41,454 bases of DNA from Chthoniobacteraceae bacterium (GTDB taxonomy: Bacteria > Verrucomicrobiota > Verrucomicrobiia > Chthoniobacterales > Chthoniobacteraceae), in contig JANNWY010000149.1 of assembly GCA_031409335.1 (NCBI GenBank), positions 1 to 41,454 of the forward strand, read 5' to 3'. The position numbers were made by a program, and so were the translations under genes. Under the pieces are notes generated by a model. It was not told where the DNA came from and did not search any database. It saw nothing but the letters and a program-made list of their open reading frames with translations. This document shows positions 1 to 9,087 of this stretch, piece after piece. Numbering within the stretch: the first letter of the stretch is position 1; the number at the start of each line of letters is the position of its first letter.

Positions 1-62
1 CCCCCCGCGGGCGGCCCGGGCGGGGGGGGGGCCAGACCCCCCCCCCCGCCCCCGGCGCGGGG

Positions 63-362
63 GTGGCGCCCCACCCCACCGCGGCAGGGATCGTGATCCC
101 AAACACCGTCGCCATCATCCGCGGCACGCGGCGCAAAACTGACGGGCAAAAACTCACGGACTTCCTCCTTTCCGAAGCAACGGAACTCGCGCTCGCCCGC
201 TCGCAGGCCCGGCAAATTCCACTCGGCCCGGTGCCGTCGGATTCGCTCCCGGCGGACGTTCGCGACCTCACCGCGCACGCAAAAGACGCGATCGATCTCA
301 CGCTACTCGGCCCGGCTCGCGCGGAATGTCTGGCCTGGCTGAAGTCGGAGTATTTGAAATGA
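63..362 (+). CDS. ABC transporter substrate-binding protein (Fe3+/thiamine-type), C-terminal part only; truncated by window edge
   Basis: Peptide IVIPNTVAIIRG...LTDFLLSEATELALARSQARQIP resembles the C-terminus of Fe3+-type binding proteins. Its stop overlaps the ATG of the following permease. Confidence 0.6.
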   Translation: MAPHPTAAGIVIPNTVAIIRGTRRKTDGQKLTDFLLSEATELALARSQARQIPLGPVPSDSLPADVRDLTAHAKDAIDLTLLGPARAECLAWLKSEYLK

Positions 363-1681
363 GCATTGCCGCGCAGACTGCTTCCGCGCTGGTGCGGGCG
401 GCGATCATCGGCGGTGTGGCAGTGGTGATTTCCGGCGGGCTGGCGGGACGGTTGGGCGGGTTGCGCGGTCGAGCGAAATCCATCGCGTGGGCGCTGTTGC
501 TCGCGCCATTTCTCACGCCGTCGCTGCTCATCAGCTACGCGTATTCCAAACTCGTGATCGCGCTCGTGGCGTCGCCGTGGAGCCATCAGGCGCTCTACGC
601 CGCGGTGCTTTTGCTGAAGCTCGTCCCCGTCGCGGTGATCGCGCGCACGCTGCTGCCATCGCCGCTTTCAGCAGAAGCACGGCACGCATTCCGAACGCTC
701 GCCGCGCCTTCGTTCTCCACGCGCATCCGGTTCGATATGCGCGGTTCGGGGCCGGGGCCATGGTTTGCGGGCGGACTGGTTTTCCTGATCGCGTTCGCGG
801 ACTTCGAGCTGGCTTCGCTGTGGAGCATCAAGTCTTGGACAGTCGCGATCTTCGATGCGCAAACGGGCGGAATGCACTGGCGCGAATCGCTGCGTCTCGC
901 GGCATTGCCGCTCGCGATCCAGGTAGCTGTGCTCGCGTTTCTGGCCACGCGAACGCGCCGCTCGGGTGTTGCAAGTTCGCGCATCCGCACCGGTGGAAAT
1001 ACGGCGTTTTGCTACATCGGGGTCGCCGCGATTGTGGTAACTGCGCTGCCGCTCGCGCTGCTCGCCGTGCAGGCTGTTGCTGGATTCCGCGTGATCGCGG
1101 CAACCTTCGTCCTCACGCATGAAATCGTCGCCAGCGTCTTGTTCGCGTTTGCCTCCGCAGTGATCGCGGGTGGCTGGGCTTTCCGCCGGACGCTCGCTGC
1201 CACCGCGCTTCCCGGATTGCTCGGTTCGCTGGTTGTCGCGCTGCTGGTCCTCGCCATTTTCCAAACCCCGCTCGTGCGTCCGGCGTACGATACACCGCTC
1301 CCGTTGCTGCTCGCGTTGGTTATCATCCTGCTCCCGATGGCCCTGCTGCTCGGCGCGCTTTTGCGGATGCGTCAAATGAGTCCCATGCGACACATTGCCC
1401 GCCAGCTCGGCAGCCGCAAACTGGCCTGGGCGCTGGATTGGCAGCCGCGCCTCGCCGCGTTCGGCCTGCTTTTTTGCTGGGCGTATTTCGATTTCACCGC
1501 TGCCTCGATCCTCGCGCCCGTTGGCATGACGCCGGTCTTCGTCCGCCTGCACAATCTCGCGCACTACGGTCAGACCGCCGTCCTTTCCGCGATGATGCTC
1601 GCGGCCTTCCTCGTGCCGGTGGTGCTTCTGCTGTTGACCGTCGCCGCGGGCCGAATCTATGCACGCCGCGATGGCCGTTGA
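359..1681 (+). CDS. ABC transporter permease (FbpB-like, Fe3+-type)
   Basis: Polytopic membrane protein with two repeated halves (FADFELASL / YFDFTAASIL). It lies between the binding protein and the ATPase; ATG at 359 overlaps the upstream stop. Confidence 0.7.
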   Translation: MSIAAQTASALVRAAIIGGVAVVISGGLAGRLGGLRGRAKSIAWALLLAPFLTPSLLISYAYSKLVIALVASPWSHQALYAAVLLLKLVPVAVIARTLLPSPLSAEARHAFRTLAAPSFSTRIRFDMRGSGPGPWFAGGLVFLIAFADFELASLWSIKSWTVAIFDAQTGGMHWRESLRLAALPLAIQVAVLAFLATRTRRSGVASSRIRTGGNTAFCYIGVAAIVVTALPLALLAVQAVAGFRVIAATFVLTHEIVASVLFAFASAVIAGGWAFRRTLAATALPGLLGSLVVALLVLAIFQTPLVRPAYDTPLPLLLALVIILLPMALLLGALLRMRQMSPMRHIARQLGSRKLAWALDWQPRLAAFGLLFCWAYFDFTAASILAPVGMTPVFVRLHNLAHYGQTAVLSAMMLAAFLVPVVLLLLTVAAGRIYARRDGR

Positions 1682-2561
1682 AAACCTCTGGCAACTCGAA
1701 TCCGTGTCGCTCGCGCCTGCGCGACTTCGCGGGATCACGCTCGGGATTCCGCGTGGAGTCACGGCGCTACTCGGCTGGTCCGGCGCGGGAAAAACTTCGC
1801 TGCTGAATCTACTCGCGGGTTTTGAAAATCCCGACGCGGGCAAGATCAACGGCTCGGCCAAAGTCGCGTGGGTGCCGCAAAATGGCGGTCTGTGGCCGCA
1901 CTGCACGGCGCGCGAGCATTTGAAAATCGCGGGCTGCGCCGATGCGAAAAGCGACGGGCTTTTGCGGGCATTCGATCTTGCGGAAAAAGCGGACGCTCGG
2001 CCCGGCGAACTTTCCGAAGGCGAGCAATCGCGTCTCGCCGTGGCGCGCGCGCTGGCGGCGGAGTCCGAAGTGCTCGTCATGGATGAACCGCTCGTACACG
2101 TCGATCCGGCGCGCGCGGGAAAATACTGGCGTGCGATACGCGAGCACGTCGTGGCGACCGGGGCATCGCTCATCTTTTCCACGCATGAACCTGAAGCCGT
2201 TCTGAGCGAGGCGGAACACGTGATTTGTCTGCGCGACGGGCGTGTTTTGCACGCGGGCAAAGTCGGGGAGCTTTACGCAAATCCGGCGACGGAAGAATTG
2301 ATGGAATGTTTCGGTCCGGGCAATTGGCTGACGCCCGAAGAAGCGCGGCTGTGGCTCGGGATCGAGATCGCGGCCGCGCGCTGTTTCCGCCCGGAGCAAC
2401 TCGCGATCGAGCCGTGCGAAAGCGGATCGTTCGTGATCGAGTCGGCGCGGTTTTGCGGATCGATCGCGCAGGCGCAAATCGGCGGAAGAACGTTTTTTCA
2501 CCGCCCCGCCGGCGCGTCCCTGCGGGAAAACATGTCCGTGAAAATTGGGGTGCGCGCATGA
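1671..2561 (+). CDS. ABC transporter ATP-binding protein
   Basis: Walker A GWSGAGKTS, signature LSEGEQ, Walker B VLVMDEP, H-loop STHE. Confidence 0.9.
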   Translation: MAVENLWQLESVSLAPARLRGITLGIPRGVTALLGWSGAGKTSLLNLLAGFENPDAGKINGSAKVAWVPQNGGLWPHCTAREHLKIAGCADAKSDGLLRAFDLAEKADARPGELSEGEQSRLAVARALAAESEVLVMDEPLVHVDPARAGKYWRAIREHVVATGASLIFSTHEPEAVLSEAEHVICLRDGRVLHAGKVGELYANPATEELMECFGPGNWLTPEEARLWLGIEIAAARCFRPEQLAIEPCESGSFVIESARFCGSIAQAQIGGRTFFHRPAGASLRENMSVKIGVRA

Positions 2562-3655
2562 TTCTTCCGGGTAGCACGCTCGTCCCGAGCGTTGGTTTCG
2601 GCGTCCCGCCGAGACGAACTTTCCTGTCGCATCGCTGCAAAGATCGTTCGCGAATCCAATGCCGACGACGCAGAAAAGTTCGTCTTGGCGGGACGAGCGT
2701 GCTACCCGGAACTCCGCGCGTCGCTCTTTTCACTTTGCTCGCATTGCTCGCACTCGTTGCCGGCTGCGGGCGTCCTCCCAGCGAACTCACCCCGCGCGAG
2801 TGGCACAATTTCCAGCTTCCACCCGACGGCCCGTCGCTGCCAACACCGCGCAGCGTCGCGACTGGAAATCGCGACGAACTGGCCGTGCTCGACACCGCGG
2901 GTCGCGTTCTCATTTACGATGCGAATGGCGCGCTGCTGCGGCATTGGCAGATGCTCGATGTCAGCGTCGGCAAGCCGGAAGGGATCGTCGTTTTGAAAGA
3001 CGGGCGCGTGGTGGTTTGCGACACGCATTATCATCGCATCGTCTATTTCGATGCGGAGGGAAATTGGCTGAAAAACTTCGGCCAGCGCGGCAAAGGGCCG
3101 CGTGAATTCGAGTATCCCGTCGGCATTTGCAAGGATGCCGCGGAGAATCTCTACATCTGCGAATACGGCGGCAACGACCGCGTGCAAAAGTTCACGCGCG
3201 AGGGCGAGTTCATTCTCGCGTTTGGCAGCTTCGGCACTGCGCCGGGCCAGTTCCAGCGACCATCGGGGCTCGCCTGGCACGATGGGAAAATCCACGTCGC
3301 CGACGCGATCAACCATCGCGTGCTCATCTTCACCGACGCGGGAAAACATCTTGGCCTGCTTGGCGAAGCGGAGCGCCCGCTCGCTTTCGAGTTTCCCTAC
3401 GACATCACGTTCGCGCCCGACGGAAATTTTTACGTGATCGAATACGGCGCGGGCCGGCTGTCGCGGATCGCGCCGGATGGCACGCTGCTCGGCCGCTGCG
3501 GACGCACGGGCAGCGGCGCGGGGGAATTTGCGACGCCGTGGGGGATCACGGTCGATTCGCAGATGCGCATCCGCGTCGCCGACACGAAAAACCGGCGCGT
3601 CGTCACCCTCAAACTTGAGGGAGATTCCAAATTCCAGGAGCCAAATTCCAAATAA
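2558..3655 (+). CDS. NHL-repeat beta-propeller lipoprotein, with an in-frame palindromic insertion in the N-terminus
   Basis: Repeated NHL units (KPEGIVV...VCDTHYHRI, YPVGIC...CEYGGNDRVQKF, RPSGLA...ADAINHRV, TPWGI...ADTKNRRV) and lipobox LVAG|C. ATG at 2558 overlaps the ATPase stop (ATGA). Confidence 0.8.
   Translation: MILPGSTLVPSVGFGVPPRRTFLSHRCKDRSRIQCRRRRKVRLGGTSVLPGTPRVALFTLLALLALVAGCGRPPSELTPREWHNFQLPPDGPSLPTPRSVATGNRDELAVLDTAGRVLIYDANGALLRHWQMLDVSVGKPEGIVVLKDGRVVVCDTHYHRIVYFDAEGNWLKNFGQRGKGPREFEYPVGICKDAAENLYICEYGGNDRVQKFTREGEFILAFGSFGTAPGQFQRPSGLAWHDGKIHVADAINHRVLIFTDAGKHLGLLGEAERPLAFEFPYDITFAPDGNFYVIEYGAGRLSRIAPDGTLLGRCGRTGSGAGEFATPWGITVDSQMRIRVADTKNRRVVTLKLEGDSKFQEPNSK
2565..2711. 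repeat. REP/REPIN- or MITE-like palindromic element, family A copy 1
   Basis: Perfect 23-bp terminal inverted repeats ttccgggtagcacgctcgtcccg / cgggacgagcgtgctacccggaa. A related copy lies at 24712-24880. Confidence 0.85.
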
Positions 3656-3783
3656 ATTTCAAAATCCAGATTTCAAATTTCAAACCTGACGCCGTGCGCG
3701 AATGGTCCTTCTGGTTTGAAATTGTGCGCCCTGCCGAAGTTTGAGATTTATTTGGAATTTGGTCCCTGGCCCGTGGAATCTCC
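3620..3783. repeat. Imperfect inverted repeat built of ccaaatt/ttccaaa-type short units between convergent genes
   Basis: Left arm ggagattccaaattccaggagccaaattccaaataaatttcaaa pairs with right arm tttgagatttatttggaatttggtccctggcccgtggaatctcc. Confidence 0.75.
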
Positions 3784-4110
3784 GGCCCAAGCCGGGACGG
3801 CTTCGCACGATTCCCGCCAGCCGGGGAAGTTCCAGGTGTTTGGAAATCCCGCGCACTGGAGCGGCTTCACCGCTTGGATCGCGCAGTCGCGACCTTCCAG
3901 GAAAATGCACTCGTGCGACTCGCCCTTGTCGATGAGCGCGAGGCCGTCGCGCTCGGGCCGGAGTCGCGTGTAGCGCTGGATGAATTCGTTTTCCCCGATG
4001 CCGAGATGCGCCGCGATCCGCGCGATTTCCGGCGCGCTCACTTTCACGAAACCCGGCCAGCGGCAGCAGTTCGTGCAGCGCTGGCATTCGTAGTGGATCG
4101 TGTGCGGCAT
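3748..4110 (-). CDS. YkgJ-family (CxxCxxCC) cysteine-cluster protein
   Basis: MPHTIHYECQRCTNCCRWPG...CIFLEGRDCAIQAVKPLQCAGFP matches the YkgJ/UPF0153 motif pattern. Confidence 0.85.
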   Translation of the reverse strand: MPHTIHYECQRCTNCCRWPGFVKVSAPEIARIAAHLGIGENEFIQRYTRLRPERDGLALIDKGESHECIFLEGRDCAIQAVKPLQCAGFPNTWNFPGWRESCEAVPAWAGDSTGQGPNSK

Positions 4111-4236
4111 CGCGCGGACTCTTCTGCAATCGGCGCGCGCAGGGAAATGAGAAGTTGTTTTGCCCTCGTGATTTCCTGCGCTACTTTCGGGGTGTGCCAG
4201 AGCCGATGAGGACTTTCTTCTAACTAATTCGTTCCC

Positions 4237-4986
4237 ATGGTTACCCGTCTCGTCACCCTGACGATCGTCCTGTTTTGGATCACCATGACGACGCTGCTCG
4301 TCCGCTCGGAATTGTGGCCCGATCGCTCGTCGCTGCGCAGCCTGCCCGTCGAGAAAGTCGCGAAACTGATGTGGTTTCACCATGAGCCAAGCGATCTCGT
4401 GGTTTGGAGCGGCAGCCAGCGGGTCGGCCATTTGCGGCTGTATCCGAAGATTCGAGATAGCGACGGCGCCCGCATTTTTGAGTGCTCGGGAAATTTGCGG
4501 GTGAGCCTCCCAGGATCGCAGCGGCAGCGAGTCTCGTGGGACGGCGTGATGGAATTCGATGCGGCGCTGCAAATGCGCAAAATGGTGCTCGGGCTCAGCA
4601 TGCACGACGTCGCGCTGGATCGTGCGGAGATCACCGTCCTCCCCGACGAGAACCGCGTGCTCTTCAAGCTGAAGAACGTCATGGAAAAGGAGTTGAGGTC
4701 CGCCGAATTTACGCTCGACGAGCAGGGGTTGAAAAAAGTGCTCGCGCAGGCGGATCTTGATCCGGCGATTTACGACACGATCCGCAGCAGCGCGCCGACG
4801 AAAACTATCGTGACCGCGCACGAAAGTAGCCTCGTGATTCACGGTGAAAAAACGAAGACATACCTCATCGAAGTGCGGCAGGGCGGACAAACGCTGATCG
4901 AAGCGCACGTTGACGAACTCGGCAGGGTGCAGCGCGTGAAGACGCTCTTTGGGTACTACCTCATGCAGGAAGATCTGACGCCGTGA
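4237..4986 (+). CDS. Hypothetical exported/membrane-anchored protein
   Basis: 249-aa ORF with an N-terminal hydrophobic segment, upstream of an ABC ATPase. Confidence 0.65.
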   Translation: MVTRLVTLTIVLFWITMTTLLVRSELWPDRSSLRSLPVEKVAKLMWFHHEPSDLVVWSGSQRVGHLRLYPKIRDSDGARIFECSGNLRVSLPGSQRQRVSWDGVMEFDAALQMRKMVLGLSMHDVALDRAEITVLPDENRVLFKLKNVMEKELRSAEFTLDEQGLKKVLAQADLDPAIYDTIRSSAPTKTIVTAHESSLVIHGEKTKTYLIEVRQGGQTLIEAHVDELGRVQRVKTLFGYYLMQEDLTP

Positions 4987-5103
4987 TGGGCGCGGGAAGT
5001 TGAGCGTCGAGTGGCGGTTTTCAGGAAGGCTCGCGCGATCGTGAAAAAGCTCGCGACTCGCTGAGCGCGCCTCTCAACTCCCAATTTCCAACCTTCCCCA
5101 AAA

Positions 5104-5874
5104 ATGATTCGTGCCCAATCTCTCGCCAAATCTTTCGGTTCCCTGCGCGCTGTCGACGGCATCGATCTCGATGTCGCGCAGGGTGAATTTTTCGCGTTCC
5201 TCGGCCCGAACGCAGCGGGGAAAACCACGACCATCAAGATGCTCACCGGATTGCTCCGGCCCTCGGAGGGCACCGTGGAAATCTGCGGCGTGGACATGCA
5301 GCGCGACCCGGAACGCGCCAAATGCCAGCTCGCCTACGTGCCGGATTTTCCGTTCCTGTACGACAAGCTCACTTCGATGGAGTTCATGCAATTTGTCGGC
5401 GATCTGTATGCCATGGATCAGCGGCTGATCGACGATCAGCGCGACGCGTTGTTCGAGCGATTTCACCTGAGAGACTACGCGCACGAACTGACGGAAAACC
5501 TCTCGCACGGCACGCGCCAGCGCCTCGTCATCGCCTCCGCGCTGCTGCACGATCCGCGCGTGCTCATCATCGACGAGCCGATGGTCGGCCTCGATCCGAT
5601 GCATGCGCGGATCGTGAAGGAGGAATTCAGGGAGCGCGCGCAGGCGGGGATGACGATCTTTCTTTCCACCCACCAGCTCAGCGTGGCGGAGGAGGTCGCG
5701 GACCGCGTCGCGATCATTCATCGCGGGAAAATCATCGCGCTCGGCGACGTGAGCGAACTGCGCGCGCAGTCGAGCGAAGTGGGCGGACTGGAGAAGGTTT
5801 TCCTTTCGCTCGTGGATGCCGAGGAGCAGGTCCGCGAACGCGCCGCGGCGCTCGCGGCAAATTTGCCGCAGTGA
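5104..5874 (+). CDS. ABC-2 type transporter ATP-binding protein
   Basis: GPNAAGKTT, LSHGTRQR, IIDEP and STH motifs. Confidence 0.9.
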   Translation: MIRAQSLAKSFGSLRAVDGIDLDVAQGEFFAFLGPNAAGKTTTIKMLTGLLRPSEGTVEICGVDMQRDPERAKCQLAYVPDFPFLYDKLTSMEFMQFVGDLYAMDQRLIDDQRDALFERFHLRDYAHELTENLSHGTRQRLVIASALLHDPRVLIIDEPMVGLDPMHARIVKEEFRERAQAGMTIFLSTHQLSVAEEVADRVAIIHRGKIIALGDVSELRAQSSEVGGLEKVFLSLVDAEEQVRERAAALAANLPQ

Positions 5875-6983
5875 TGTTCGAGCTGCTGAAGACCGATGCC
5901 ACGTCGGCGGCGCGGCGGGGCCGGATCACGACCGCGCACGGCCAGATCGAGACGCCGATTTTCATGCCGGTCGGCACGCAGGCGACGGTGAAGGCGGTGG
6001 CGCCCGACGAGCTGCGCCAGCTCGGCGCGCAGATTATTTTGGGGAATACCTACCATCTTTTCATCCGGCCCGGCACCGATGTGATCAAACACTTTGGCGG
6101 CCTGCATCGCTTCATGGCGTGGGATCGCCCGATCCTCACCGACTCCGGCGGCTTCCAGGTTTTCAGCCTCGCGAAGCTCCGCAAGATCACCGAGGAAGGC
6201 GTCCATTTTCAAAGCCACCTCGACGGCGCGCCGTGCTTCATCGGCCCGGAAACCGCGATGGAAATCCAGGCCGCGCTCGGCTCGGACATCTGCATGCTTT
6301 TCGACGAATGCCCGCCGTATCCGTGCGAATACGACTACGCCGCGCAGAGCTGGGATCGCACGCTGCGCTGGGCGCGCCGCTGCAAATCGGTGCCGACGCC
6401 GGGGATGAAATTCGGCATCGTCCAAGGCGCGATTTTTCCCGAGCTGCGGCGGCAAAGCGCGGAGTCGCTCGTGCAAATCGGCTTCGATGGCTACGCGATC
6501 GGCGGCGTCTCGGTCGGCGAGCCGGAGACGGAGATGATCGCCGCGATCGAGAGCGCCGTGCCCTTTCTCCCGCACGATCGCCCGCGCTACGCGATGGGTC
6601 TCGGCACGCCGCCACAGATGGTCGAGATGGTGGCGCGCGGCGTCGATATGTTCGACTGCGTGCTGCCCACGCGCATCGCGCGAAATGGGACCGCCTACAC
6701 TTCGCGCGGCACGATCAATCTGAAGAACGCCGAGTTCCGCCTCGACGATCAGCCGATCGAGCGCGACTGGGAATTCCCCGGCTGCCTGCCCTTCACGCGC
6801 GGCTACCTGCGGCACCTCGTGAAGTCGGAGGAAATCCTCGGCCTGCGCCTCATCACGCTGCACAACCTGCACTTTTATTTGGAACTCATGCGCCGCATCC
6901 GCGCGGCGATCGAGGCCGAAACGTTCGCGGAATTCCGGCGGGAATTCGTCGCGGGTTATCGCAAGGCGGGATCGGAAGAGTAA
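5874..6983 (+). CDS. tgt: Queuine tRNA-ribosyltransferase (tRNA-guanine transglycosylase)
   Basis: TPIFMPVGT, GNTYHL, ILTDSGGFQVFSL, GIVQG, GVDMFDCVLPTR and HNLHFY motifs. Confidence 0.97.
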   Translation: MFELLKTDATSAARRGRITTAHGQIETPIFMPVGTQATVKAVAPDELRQLGAQIILGNTYHLFIRPGTDVIKHFGGLHRFMAWDRPILTDSGGFQVFSLAKLRKITEEGVHFQSHLDGAPCFIGPETAMEIQAALGSDICMLFDECPPYPCEYDYAAQSWDRTLRWARRCKSVPTPGMKFGIVQGAIFPELRRQSAESLVQIGFDGYAIGGVSVGEPETEMIAAIESAVPFLPHDRPRYAMGLGTPPQMVEMVARGVDMFDCVLPTRIARNGTAYTSRGTINLKNAEFRLDDQPIERDWEFPGCLPFTRGYLRHLVKSEEILGLRLITLHNLHFYLELMRRIRAAIEAETFAEFRREFVAGYRKAGSEE

Positions 6984-6995
6984 CGCGCTGGCTCG

Positions 6996-8264
6996 CTATT
7001 TCCCGCTCACGTCGAGGCAGACTGCCTCCTTTGTGCTGCGTGCGAAGATGCGGCCATTGGCGAGGATCGGCGTGGACCAGCATTTGCCGTCGAGCACGTC
7101 GGCGCGCGCCAGTTCCTTGTACCCATCGGGCTTCGCGGCGATCAGCACGAGTTCGCCCGCGTCGGACAGCGCGATGATTTGTTCGCCCGCGAGGATCACC
7201 TGGCCGGGACCGAATCCTGGCTGTTCCCACTTCACCGTGCCGTTCGCGATCTCGATGCATTTCACGGGGCCGCCGCCGTATTCCTTAAACTGGAACATGC
7301 CGTAAAGATGACCGTCCTTCAGCACCGGCGTGCTCCAGTGATTCGCGAGCGGCTTGTCGCCGCGCATCCGGTAAATCTCCGTCGCAGTCCACGCATCGCC
7401 GCTTTTCGTGAGCCGCACCGCGCCCGCTCCGACGCCGTATCCCGCCGAGCAATAGACGATGTCCCCGGAAACGACTGGCGAGGCAGCGGTCGAAATTTTG
7501 TAATTGAAGTTGTAGCGCCACAGTTCTTTTCCGGTCTGTGGTTCGACGGCCAGCAGCCCGGATTGCAGGAAAAAAATAATCTGCCGCTGGCCGAGGATCG
7601 TCGCCGGCACAGGCGTCGCGTGCGTCATCTTTTCATCGAAGGCTTTCCACACGACCTTGCCGTCCTTCGCATTCACCGCCAGCAGCGACTCGCCGGGACC
7701 GCCGCCCGCGACATACAGCAAGCCGCCTTCGAGCAACGGCGACGCGGCATTCTGCCATTGGATATTCCGACCGGCGTGCTCGGCGATGAGGTCTTTCGCC
7801 CAGGCGACTTTGCCCGATGCCGCATCGAACGCCTGCAACGCGAGCTTCGATGAGAGCGTGAAAACGTGGGTGCCGTCGCTGGTAGGAGTCGAGCGCGGGC
7901 CGTCGCCGCCTTTGTTGTCATTCGTGCCGGAATCGCCGCCACCGTCGAATTTCACCGAACCGAGCGCCGCGATCCAAAGCTCCTTCCCGGTGTTCGCATC
8001 CAGCGCGAGCAATGTCTCCTGGCTCGCCCCATCGATCTCGCGCAGCGCCAGCGTGAATGCGCGCCCCGCTGCCACGCTGAACGAACTGAAGCCACCGGGC
8101 GCGGGTATTTTCCACAAGACTTTCGGACCGCTCGCCGGCCATGGCTTCACGACTTTTTCCGCAGTCCGACCATCGCCCGTCGCGCCGCGATATTGCGGCC
8201 AGTCGAGTGCGTGAACGGACATTGTGGTGACGATGAGGGAGGCAAGGATGGTTGGGATTTTCAT
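6996..8264 (-). CDS. PQQ-like/BamB-like beta-propeller repeat exported protein
   Basis: Signal peptide, then DWPQYRG and repeated 'LALDANTGKELW'-type and STP units. Confidence 0.85.
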   Translation of the reverse strand: MKIPTILASLIVTTMSVHALDWPQYRGATGDGRTAEKVVKPWPASGPKVLWKIPAPGGFSSFSVAAGRAFTLALREIDGASQETLLALDANTGKELWIAALGSVKFDGGGDSGTNDNKGGDGPRSTPTSDGTHVFTLSSKLALQAFDAASGKVAWAKDLIAEHAGRNIQWQNAASPLLEGGLLYVAGGGPGESLLAVNAKDGKVVWKAFDEKMTHATPVPATILGQRQIIFFLQSGLLAVEPQTGKELWRYNFNYKISTAASPVVSGDIVYCSAGYGVGAGAVRLTKSGDAWTATEIYRMRGDKPLANHWSTPVLKDGHLYGMFQFKEYGGGPVKCIEIANGTVKWEQPGFGPGQVILAGEQIIALSDAGELVLIAAKPDGYKELARADVLDGKCWSTPILANGRIFARSTKEAVCLDVSGK

Positions 8265-8286
8265 GAGGTTTTTTGAAAGAAAATGT

Positions 8287-8922
8287 TCAGCGCATCGCGC
8301 TGATGATGATGTCGTCGAAACGAATCGGCGTCCCCGAAAACGGGCTGCCCCAGATGCCCGGACGCCCCGCGGCGGGCGCGTCTTTTTCTTCGAGGGCGAT
8401 GCTCCATTTCTCCGGCTCCACGCCCGATGCAGGCCAGGCTTTGCCCTCGATCACCCACGCGCCCGCGGGCGTCTTGCGCGCTTGGATGCGCAGACTCACC
8501 CACGTCGCATCCGGCCACTCAAAAGCCACGCCCAATCGCGCCTCGTCGCCCTTGAAAATTTCGAGCTGTTTCTTCGCCGCGCTCACTTGCAGCCGATAGC
8601 CGCCAGCGCCGTTCAGGCTTAGCCCGAACGCGGGAAATTTCCGCCCGGTCTTCGTCCCGAAGAACTTCGCCGTCGCGCTCATCCCGTCCATTTGCGCAGG
8701 GCCAAACAGCGCGCCGTGGGTGTCGAGCGGCGCGCCCGGCAGTCCGAGAAATTTGTTCGCGCCGTCCTGCTGCACGGTGAATGCACCGGAGACGACGAGA
8801 AAATCCTTTGGCACCTTGCCGACTTCCGCTGACTGGAAATCATTTGCGTATGCGGGTTCCGCGCCTTTTGAAAAAAGCGGTAGCGAGAGCGAGAGAGCGG
8901 CGGCGAAACGGAGGCAATTCAT
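8287..8922 (-). CDS. Exported hypothetical protein (predicted beta-sandwich/lectin-like)
   Basis: Signal peptide MNCLRFAAALSLSL..., beta-rich body, C-terminal IRFDDIIISA. Confidence 0.6.
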   Translation of the reverse strand: MNCLRFAAALSLSLPLFSKGAEPAYANDFQSAEVGKVPKDFLVVSGAFTVQQDGANKFLGLPGAPLDTHGALFGPAQMDGMSATAKFFGTKTGRKFPAFGLSLNGAGGYRLQVSAAKKQLEIFKGDEARLGVAFEWPDATWVSLRIQARKTPAGAWVIEGKAWPASGVEPEKWSIALEEKDAPAAGRPGIWGSPFSGTPIRFDDIIISAMR

Positions 8923-9087
8923 CGGACGGGTGCGGAGAAAAGCACGGATGGGCCGGGCATGTCGAGAGCGAGGAAGCCTGCCGCGGTTGCAATCTCGAAG
9001 GGCAAGTGGTGTGAGGAAAAAATGGATACCTTGGAGTGAAACTTCTGTCTGCACAAACGCGGTAATCTCCGCGCGAACGGGAATCTC

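Noticed and set aside
1..62. Almost pure G/C low-complexity run (similar at ~41385-41454)
   Set aside because: It lies at the sequence ends and breaks the coding pattern of the adjacent gene. It is most likely low-quality terminal sequence rather than a G-quadruplex or repeat feature.
668..2260. Long alternative-frame or antisense ORFs (e.g. 668-2260, 10024-11688, 37162-38766, 39730-41241, and the extended N-termini of 2225-3655, 5322-6983 and 17513-19921)
   Set aside because: These are shadow ORFs expected in high-GC DNA. They overlap well-supported genes and show no family motifs.
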